From a virus: a stretch of 64,000 nucleotides of DNA. Every line of letters starts with the position of its first letter. Position 1 is the stretch's first letter. The stretch lies in the IMG/VR virus record IMGVR_UViG_3300033074_002003. One strand, given 5' to 3'. The position numbers and the translations under genes are program-made. Shown piece by piece: positions 58,401-64,000 of this stretch. The notes beneath the pieces are model-generated. The model saw only the letters and a list, made by a program, of their open reading frames with translations. It was not told the origin of the DNA and did no database searches.

Positions 58401-59141
58401 GGCGTTCCCACACGTGAGCTCGAGCGACAGGTCGAGATCGGCGAGCGCTTCGCGAAGTACATGCCGTCCGGGTATGTCTCATTCCTGCAACAGGTGAGAG
58501 ACGCGATCGCCGCGCGCAAAAACCCATCGCTCGGGGCCGTCGTAGATCGCGTAGTCGAGACGAAGCTGCACTCAGAGAAGAGGCCCAAGGAACTTCCTTG
58601 CGAAATTCACCGTGTCAACGTGAGGGCGAAAGACGACAGCGGCGACATCACGACACAGACGTACATCGTGCTTCTTGGCTTGTTGAACGGGAAGCCCTAT
58701 GAGATCTTCTGCGGCCTCTCGGAACACGTCGACGTTCCGAAGAAGTGCAAGAATGGCGTGCTCGTGAAGAATGGCAAGAAGGCCGGCGTCGCGACGTACA
58801 ACCTCAGGATCCCGATCGGAGACGATGACGACGCGATCGTGCTGAAGGACGTCGTGAATCTCTTTGAGAACGCCACATACGGTGCTTTCACGAGGATCCT
58901 GTCCCTCGCGCTGCGCCACGAGATTCCGCTGCAATTTGTTGTGGAACAGCTGCAGAAGGACAAGTACTCAGACATGCAGAGTTTTTCTCGTGTCATTGCG
59001 AGGGTCCTGAAGCACCACATTCTAGACGGTACGCCCGTCTCGGGTGAGAAGAAGTGTGATAGCTGCGGGGCCGAGGGGACGCTTGTCTACGAGGAGAAGT
59101 GTACCAAGTGCACCGCGTGCGGGAACGGGAAGTGCGGATAG
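55491..59141 (+). CDS. nrdJ: Class II (adenosylcobalamin-type, NrdJ-like) ribonucleotide reductase interrupted by an intein immediately before the catalytic NPCGE cysteine.
   Basis: ISNCFV, GGVGFDVSTLRP and a C-terminal zinc ribbon (CDSCGAEG...CTKCTACGNGKCG) are present. The extein junction reads STNP|C...N|CGEIPL. Confidence 0.85.
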   Translation: MTQAQQSQAKSFSSDEVVERTAEYFGGDKMAGAVFLKYALPADDGGFLELSPPDMHARLARELARIENRYSNPMSEEEILGLLSRPSHRKLGMGPIIPQGSPMAGIGNTKQFQSISNCFVIDSPYDSFGGIFHTDEEEAEIMKRRGGVGFDVSTLRPKDVKTSNAAGTTDGIGVFLERYSATCRGTAQNGRRGALMLTISIRHPEIETFINIKRDLKKVTGANISIRVTDDFMVAVENDEYFTLQWPVDVPLSEAKITREVRARDIWDQIIDAAWNSAEPGVLFWDTVKRNSPADAYASVGFSSVSTNPCVVGDTLIAVADGRNAVSIRQLAEEGRDVPVYSTDIATGKVEIKWGRSPRLTKVQAEVWKLTLDDGTCVIATPDHKILLRNLTYVNLQDLKSGDSIFPFSTFDSNGYRQVCNTGVPMTGGARRNRRQYRLIHEFFNGSTDSKLFAIHHCDFDSRNDRIENLKVMTHDEHRELHSRLMIGDNNPYHRMSSEWKLKFAKHSGESNGRFSGHTNEQLLEAGRRVFEENGKITRALWKEYAKKHAFPQFLANQFRFGSWQNFANQVSSNHKVVSVEKIGTEDVYNITVDDNHNYHVITSLDENGVVSSGICVKNCGEIPLSSGDSCRLLVIDLTHFVVSPFTPEAHFDFTEFERVVGKAQRLMDDIVDLEVEAVDRIIEKIESDPEPEYIKARELSLWRRIRDTGLRGRRTGFGVTALGDALALLDLKYGQFDAISMTDRIYRSLALGAYRSSVDLAEERGAFPAYDPKLEAGHPFLSRIRAEDPALAEKMDRVGRRNIALTTTAPVGSTSMLTQTTSGIEPLFKPFYVRKKKVSGATEPNAELIVDEMGDRWQKFNVYHHYLKEWMDITGNSNIDESPYAGASANEIDWLGSVAMQAAAQKWVCHSISKTCNLPKDVSHDVVSDVYMNAWKTGCKGFTIYRDESRDGVLVSEDAVMFDVKKRTDGVPTRELERQVEIGERFAKYMPSGYVSFLQQVRDAIAARKNPSLGAVVDRVVETKLHSEKRPKELPCEIHRVNVRAKDDSGDITTQTYIVLLGLLNGKPYEIFCGLSEHVDVPKKCKNGVLVKNGKKAGVATYNLRIPIGDDDDAIVLKDVVNLFENATYGAFTRILSLALRHEIPLQFVVEQLQKDKYSDMQSFSRVIARVLKHHILDGTPVSGEKKCDSCGAEGTLVYEEKCTKCTACGNGKCG
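56418..57347 (+). mobile_element. Intein of 310 aa with an embedded HNH homing-endonuclease domain inside nrdJ.
   Basis: It starts with CVVGDTLIAV (block A) and ends VYNITVDDNHNYHV...NGVVSSGICVKN followed by C (blocks F/G). HNH reads HHCDFDSRNDRIENL...HDEH. The intein is about 42% GC versus about 58% in the flanking extein. Confidence 0.8.
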
Positions 59142-59200
59142 TTCTCTGTAAAAGAGAGCAAAATCTCGGTATAGTCTCACGAAAGAAAGGCACGCTAGAC

Positions 59201-60187
59201 ATGGGACACAGCGCTCGAGTCATCGCTGACTCTCGGACTCAGTGGGGTGAAAGACTAATCTCGCTTGAGGTAAAACTGCCCCGCGTAGTTTTGGCCGAAT
59301 TCAATACTCATCGTGTGTTCTCACGCAACTCTGCGTCATCTCGTGCCATCCCAGTCGAGAAGATGTTGAGGATGGTCAAGGAAGATCCCTACATCCCGAC
59401 ACACTGGGGGCAGAACCAGAAGGGCATGCAGGCAGACGTAGAGCTCGATGAGGCGTACCGGGCGTGGGCCATTTGCGAGTGGATGCGCAATCGAGATGAA
59501 GCGATACGCGGCGCAAACGAGCTGCTCAACCTCGGCGTTCACAAGCAGATCACGAATCGCCTCCTAGAACCGTTCATGTGGCACACTGTCGTCGTGACTG
59601 CCACGGAATGGAGCAACTGGACGCATCTCCGCGACAACAAGATGGCGCACCCAGAGATCCAAGCGCTCGCGGTGTGCATCTCGGACGCGATTCGCGCCTC
59701 GTCTCCGAGATCGCTTCGAGACGGTGAATGGCACCTACCGTTTGTGTCGGAGGACGAGGTCAGCGAGAGAAATGACGTCAACTTCTGGAAGAAGGTTTCG
59801 TCAGGACGGTGTGCGAGGGTGAGTTACCTGACACACGACGGCGTGCGTGACCCGCAGGCAGACGTAGACCTCCACGACAGGTTGCTGACTGCGGGTCACA
59901 TGAGCCCATTTGAGCACGTCGCTAGACCCATGGGACCGATTGAGCGCGAGTGTACGAAGAGGTTCAACGTCTTCTTCGAAGACGGTACGGTGCTAAATCA
60001 GGTCACGCTTCCCACGCGCGAGTTCTGTGACAGTTACGGTCTTGCAACCCCGCGCACGTGGGAGGACTGGACCGGGGTGAAGATCAAGCGCGTGCAGGAG
60101 ACACACTTCTGCGGCAACTTTGACGGGTTCATTCAGTACAGAAAAGAGATCCCTTTCGAGTGGGACATCATGGGAGAGAAATCGTGA
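59201..60187 (+). CDS. ThyX-like (flavin-dependent thymidylate synthase family) protein with a non-canonical signature (THR instead of RHR). The start was chosen at the internal Met after the nrdJ stop.
   Basis: EFNTHRVFSRNSASSRA aligns with the ThyX motif EFxRHRxxSxNxxSxR except that the first Arg is replaced by Thr. Confidence 0.55.
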   Translation: MGHSARVIADSRTQWGERLISLEVKLPRVVLAEFNTHRVFSRNSASSRAIPVEKMLRMVKEDPYIPTHWGQNQKGMQADVELDEAYRAWAICEWMRNRDEAIRGANELLNLGVHKQITNRLLEPFMWHTVVVTATEWSNWTHLRDNKMAHPEIQALAVCISDAIRASSPRSLRDGEWHLPFVSEDEVSERNDVNFWKKVSSGRCARVSYLTHDGVRDPQADVDLHDRLLTAGHMSPFEHVARPMGPIERECTKRFNVFFEDGTVLNQVTLPTREFCDSYGLATPRTWEDWTGVKIKRVQETHFCGNFDGFIQYRKEIPFEWDIMGEKS

Positions 60188-60768
60188 AAGCGCTGATCTC
60201 AATTGAGGGAGGAGATTCAACAGGGAAGGCGACGCAGGCTATGTTTCTCGAGGCGCGCCTGCAGTCAATGGGCGTCTCGGCGATTCGCTTCGAGATCCCT
60301 GCGCACGGACCGATCACGCGCCCGCTCATCTACTTCATGCTCTACGTGAACCTAGCCGGGAGGTTTCCGCGCGTCTTCCACACGTTGCAGTTCATCAACA
60401 AATTCCTGTTCCAGTTCTTCGTTCTGAGGTTGGTCTCGCTCTTCTACGACTGTGTCATCCTCGATCGCTGGCACGGTTCTTACTGGGTGTATGGCATCGA
60501 ATCCGGTCTCGATCGGACGAGCACGCTCATGAAGATGAGCTCGTTGCTAAAAGAGCCGGATCTGATCTTTTGCCTCTCGGGACCCCGTCACGTCGTTGAG
60601 AGGCGAGACGAGTACGAGCGCAACGATGACATGCAGTCTCGCGTCGCTCGTTCGTATGTCGAATGGGCTCGTTCGAAGAACAACTGTCACATCGTGAACT
60701 CAGATCGCGACAAGTTGTCTGTACATCAAGATATTTGGAACGTAGTTTCAGAGAAGACAAACCTTTGA
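60160..60768 (+). CDS. tmk: Thymidylate (dNMP) kinase. The true start is probably the GTG at 60184, which overlaps the ThyX-like stop.
   Basis: The P-loop is ISIEGGDSTGKAT. A DRW motif reads ILDRWHGSYWVYG. The length is about 195 aa. Confidence 0.65.
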   Translation: MGHHGREIVKALISIEGGDSTGKATQAMFLEARLQSMGVSAIRFEIPAHGPITRPLIYFMLYVNLAGRFPRVFHTLQFINKFLFQFFVLRLVSLFYDCVILDRWHGSYWVYGIESGLDRTSTLMKMSSLLKEPDLIFCLSGPRHVVERRDEYERNDDMQSRVARSYVEWARSKNNCHIVNSDRDKLSVHQDIWNVVSEKTNL

Positions 60769-60777
60769 GAGGGTGAA

Positions 60778-61014
60778 ATGGCAAGCGAAGAACTTCAGGT
60801 GAGTGATAGCGTGTGGCAGCGAGTCGTGCAGATCGTTCAGGAGGGCATGCTCACGATGACGGATGTGTCTGACGCGCTGAGGCTCGTCAGGTTGCAGGAA
60901 GTCGATGGGAAGCTCGAGCTCTCAGATTCGTACAAGGGATACGTCGCGACCCTTCACGACAAGCTCGTCGAAGAGGGAAAGAGACTGAGCGCATCGAGGA
61001 CGTCTGATGACTGA
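60778..61014 (+). CDS. Small hypothetical protein.
   Basis: A 78-aa ORF with a gagggtgaa RBS. Confidence 0.4.
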   Translation: MASEELQVSDSVWQRVVQIVQEGMLTMTDVSDALRLVRLQEVDGKLELSDSYKGYVATLHDKLVEEGKRLSASRTSDD

Positions 61015-61459
61015 CAGTGAGTTCAAGGGCGTGCTACGAAAGTGGTCAGACTTTGATCCGAATGATGGTCTGGAAGACGTGCGCACGAGGAGGGGTGATT
61101 TCCTTCTAACGATGTTTGAACAGCAGTCACAGTTCATGCAGCTCCTCGAAGAGAAGCGCTCGTTTCCGAAGTGGCCCGTTGACCTCACGTCGAAGGTGGG
61201 ACAGCAAGCGTGTCGCGATGCATCACTGGGTGGCATCGAAGAGTGGTTCGAGGCGCTGAAACACCTCAAAAATTGGAAATCGCACCGAGCGACAGAGGTG
61301 AAAGACGTCGATCGAGCAGAGTTCCTCGAGGAGATGTCTGACGCGTTGCACTACTTCGTAGAGGTAATCCTGCTCGCAGACATCTCACCGGAAGAGCTCT
61401 ACGACGCATATATGAAGAAAGGTGCCACAAACGTGGCCCGAATCAACGGAGGATACTGA
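61007..61459 (+). CDS. MazG-like all-alpha NTP pyrophosphohydrolase (dCTPase-like).
   Basis: The EExxE/EExxD helical motifs are GIEEWFEALKHLK and EFLEEMSDALHYFVEV. Confidence 0.45.
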   Translation: MTDSEFKGVLRKWSDFDPNDGLEDVRTRRGDFLLTMFEQQSQFMQLLEEKRSFPKWPVDLTSKVGQQACRDASLGGIEEWFEALKHLKNWKSHRATEVKDVDRAEFLEEMSDALHYFVEVILLADISPEELYDAYMKKGATNVARINGGY

Positions 61460-61647
61460 TGTCGTTTCTGAAGGCAATCGGGTGGGTAGTTCTGGGTCTG
61501 TTCGCAATCGAGGTCGCGGGCTGTGCGTGGGTGTTCTCGCAGCACGAAGCCTGTCCGGATGGTTACGATCCCCAGGTACAGGGTTGTAAGGGAATGCCGA
61601 AGGCGGGCGCGTCTTCGTCGGCAACTGACGCAGGGAGTGACGGATGA
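61459..61647 (+). CDS. Small membrane protein with a single predicted transmembrane helix.
   Basis: AIGWVVLGLFAIEVAGCAWVF is a hydrophobic segment. Confidence 0.4.
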   Translation: MSFLKAIGWVVLGLFAIEVAGCAWVFSQHEACPDGYDPQVQGCKGMPKAGASSSATDAGSDG

Positions 61648-62183
61648 TCAACGTTTCATCCACGGCACCCATGTGGACGGGCGGGAATACATTTCCGCTC
61701 GCTAACGGGACAGGTGTTAGACCGCTTACAGTCGATCAGACTGCAAAACCCCTTCGATTCGGAGACGAATCCACGCCAGTGCTTCCGGACATGTGGCCAA
61801 TGCCGTATGAGGTCATACCTACCAAGAAAATCGTGCCAAATCCACCGGCGAGTGAGGAGATCTTGCGGCGGTGGATTTCTATGCAAGGTGAGCACAACAA
61901 TCTCGTTTCTAGCTTTAGGACGGAAACTGTAGGTGAACGTCTCATTGCTGCGATTGACATCCCGGGTGTCAAGAAGGGAACAGTTGATGTATCACTCGAT
62001 GGTGCTGTGATTTCTGTTGTGTGCACGCGAGCTGATATAGGCACGCTTGTCAGCGCGAAATATACAGTCCCGCGCGAGTATTCTGTGTCACCTGACGATA
62101 TCGAGGCGTGGCACGATGACGGTGTTCTCTCGATCGCGTTTATGCGAATTTCGCAGGGACGCGTCAAAATCGGTGTGAAGTAA
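61644..62183 (+). CDS. Hypothetical protein.
   Basis: A 179-aa ORF. Confidence 0.45.
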   Translation: MINVSSTAPMWTGGNTFPLANGTGVRPLTVDQTAKPLRFGDESTPVLPDMWPMPYEVIPTKKIVPNPPASEEILRRWISMQGEHNNLVSSFRTETVGERLIAAIDIPGVKKGTVDVSLDGAVISVVCTRADIGTLVSAKYTVPREYSVSPDDIEAWHDDGVLSIAFMRISQGRVKIGVK

Positions 62184-62199
62184 TTCCTTTCTGAACACA

Positions 62200-62232
62200 C
62201 TGCATGCACTCTGTAATATGAGTGCATGCAGT
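62200..62232 (+). promoter_or_regulatory. A 12-bp inverted repeat (CTGCATGCACTC - 8 nt - GAGTGCATGCAG) whose right arm contains the ATG of the nucleotidyltransferase gene.
   Basis: Read directly from the sequence. This is the same arrangement as the hairpin at 7227..7260. Confidence 0.45.
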
Positions 62233-63308
62233 TTGACGTTTCAGAGCGGACGATTTACCTCGCAGTTCACGGCAGTACCGCGTACGGCACGAATACACCC
62301 GAGTCAGATCTTGATATCAAGGGTGTGTGTGTTCCACCCGCGTGTTACTACACGGGTTTTTCGTATGTCTTCGAGCAGGAAGAGCGTATGGTGTCGAAAG
62401 GTCACTCAGAGGACAGGGTCACCTATTCCGTGGAGAAGTTCTTCTCGCTCGCAGCGGATTGCAATCCCAACATCATCGAGGTGCTGTTCGTTGACGATTC
62501 AGACGTCCTGAAGTGCAATGACCTCGGGAAGCTGATGAGGGAAAATCGCGATCTCTTCCTCTCGAAGAGAGCGAAGCACACATTCAGTGGGTACGCACAC
62601 GCGCAGCTTCACAGGATCCAGACGCATCGCAGGTGGTTGCTCGACGCCTCGAAGTACGAGTCAACGCTTCCAAAGCGCAGCGATTTCGACCTGCCCGAAT
62701 TCGAGTCCAAGAAGGACGCGAACCAGATTCTCACCGCCCTCGCTCTTGTCCAGAAGAGGCTCGACGAGTGGAACGTTGACTTCAGAGAATTTGACAACGC
62801 CGAGAGGATTCGCCTACAGAACAAGCTCGCCCAATTTTTCGTGGAGGCTGGCGTCCTCGGCGATGACCTCTGGTCTCGAGCGGCCCAGGCTGTTTTCGGC
62901 GTGGACGAGAACCTGATCCATCGCCTACAACGCGAACGCGCGTACGCGAATCAGTGCTCTGACTGGGAGAAGTACGCTAACTGGAAGCGTTCGCGCAATC
63001 CGAAGCGCGCTGCTCTCGAGGCGAAGTTTGGGTACGACACGAAGCACGGCGGCCATTTGATCCGTCTCATGAGGATGTGCAAGGAAATCCTCTCAGGACA
63101 GGGCGTCATCGTGAAGCGACCCGATGCCAAGGAGATCCTCGCGATCAGGAACGGCTTGTGGTCGTATGAGAAGCTCATCGAGGAGTCTGAGAAGCTCGAG
63201 GCAGAGTGCAACGCGCTCTACGATACGTCAGCGCTTCCGCACAAGCCGAACGTTGCGCGACTTAATGAGTTGTGTTCGCAGATCGTGACACTTGGGATAG
63301 TGAGGTAG
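62226..63308 (+). CDS. Pol-beta-superfamily nucleotidyltransferase of unknown specificity.
   Basis: VHGSTAYGTNTPESDLDIKGV is a GS-x9-DxD NTase motif. The remaining ~300 aa form a helical C-terminal domain. Confidence 0.65.
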   Translation: MQFDVSERTIYLAVHGSTAYGTNTPESDLDIKGVCVPPACYYTGFSYVFEQEERMVSKGHSEDRVTYSVEKFFSLAADCNPNIIEVLFVDDSDVLKCNDLGKLMRENRDLFLSKRAKHTFSGYAHAQLHRIQTHRRWLLDASKYESTLPKRSDFDLPEFESKKDANQILTALALVQKRLDEWNVDFREFDNAERIRLQNKLAQFFVEAGVLGDDLWSRAAQAVFGVDENLIHRLQRERAYANQCSDWEKYANWKRSRNPKRAALEAKFGYDTKHGGHLIRLMRMCKEILSGQGVIVKRPDAKEILAIRNGLWSYEKLIEESEKLEAECNALYDTSALPHKPNVARLNELCSQIVTLGIVR

Positions 63309-63309
63309 C

Positions 63310-64000
63310 ATGTCACACTTTTCTTGGCCCGAAATTGACGGATTTCACTCGGTGAGGCGAACTCTCGTTCACTACCCGCACCTTTTGGGCGGAAGAAATA
63401 CAGTCACGTACCGTGGGAAGGTGAAGCTTCACGGCACAAACGCGGGGATTTACTTCCGTGCGGGCAGATTCACGGCGCAGAGCAGGACGGCTGTCATTAC
63501 GCCGACGTCTGACAACATGGGATTCGCGAAGTGGGTCGACGAGAGGACAGACGCGCTCGCGGAAGCATACAAGCGCATGGACAGTGACACGGTCATCTTC
63601 GGTGAGTGGTGCGGGCCGAGCGTCCAGCGCGGCGTTGCGCTCTCACAGCTCAAGGAACGCATCTTTGCAGCCTTTGCTGCCTACAAGATCTCCGCTCGCG
63701 GCGAACCGACAGATGCTCTCGTTACTTCTCCCGAAGAACTCGCCAGACTGGTAGGTGGTATCCCGGGAGCGTATGTCCTGCCCTGGCACGGTGACACGTT
63801 CGACGTCCCGTGGCTCGATCCAGCAGAGGAGCTCGAGCCGATCGTTGCGCGCATCAATGACGTTGTCGCTGATGTGGAAACTGTCGACCCGTGGGTGCGC
63901 GATACATTCGGTGTCGAGGGAACGGGAGAGGGACTCGTCTACTACCCTATCTCACACGGCGGGCGCGAGAACTTCACGAACATGTCCTTCAAGGCGAAGG
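63310..64000 (+). CDS. Second Rnl2-family RNA ligase-like protein, 3'-truncated by the window end.
   Basis: Motif I is GKVKLHGTNAGIYF (compare T4 Rnl2 KIHGTN). Motif III is VIFGEWCG. The frame stays open to the last base. Confidence 0.65.
   Translation, partial: MSHFSWPEIDGFHSVRRTLVHYPHLLGGRNTVTYRGKVKLHGTNAGIYFRAGRFTAQSRTAVITPTSDNMGFAKWVDERTDALAEAYKRMDSDTVIFGEWCGPSVQRGVALSQLKERIFAAFAAYKISARGEPTDALVTSPEELARLVGGIPGAYVLPWHGDTFDVPWLDPAEELEPIVARINDVVADVETVDPWVRDTFGVEGTGEGLVYYPISHGGRENFTNMSFKAK

Noticed and set aside
1-64000. CRISPR arrays, integrases or transposases, and rRNA genes.
   Set aside because: No regularly spaced direct repeats were found. No recombinase or transposase motifs and no rRNA-like conserved sequence were seen. 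The mobile elements present are homing-endonuclease genes and an intein.

Overview
This 64-kb window appears to be part of a large, high-GC (~57%, estimated by eye) T4-superfamily-like myovirus genome. Nearly all genes lie on the + strand and are tightly packed or overlapping. Windows 0.7-47.4 kb form a virion/tail morphogenesis block: S/T/G-rich fibre-like proteins, three pre-sheath proteins, two tandem gp18-like tail sheath paralogs (~1000 aa each), a gp19-like tail tube, a 1421-aa tape measure and downstream baseplate-size proteins including a LysM-like one. Embedded in that block are three tRNAs (8.6-8.85 kb) and an RNA end-repair toolkit: an Rnl2-like RNA ligase, a Thg1-like 3'-5' nucleotidyltransferase and a metallophosphoesterase. 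Also embedded are an Hsp20 small heat-shock protein, a patatin-like phospholipase, and at least four paralogous free-standing homing-endonuclease-like genes. The HEG-like genes have a zinc-finger + NUMOD3-like repeat + Vsr/PD-(D/E)XK nuclease architecture and visibly lower GC than their surroundings. Windows 47.4-64 kb form a T4-like replication and nucleotide-metabolism block: a family-A DNA polymerase (polymerase domain only), an HD hydrolase, a gp32-like SSB, UvsX/RecA, dUTPase, HNH, FEN/RNase H, a DnaB-like helicase, a class II RNR interrupted by an HNH intein, a ThyX-like protein, dTMP kinase, a MazG-like protein, a nucleotidyltransferase and a second Rnl2-like ligase. The most unusual signal is a family of at least seven small consecutive ORFs (24.1-25.6 and 29.1-30.3 kb) that flank the tube gene and share a conserved N-terminal leader M(R/K)I(R/K)LSxLRxxIREEL. 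A recurring intergenic motif ATACTTA, two start-codon-sequestering hairpins and several rho-independent terminators are also present.
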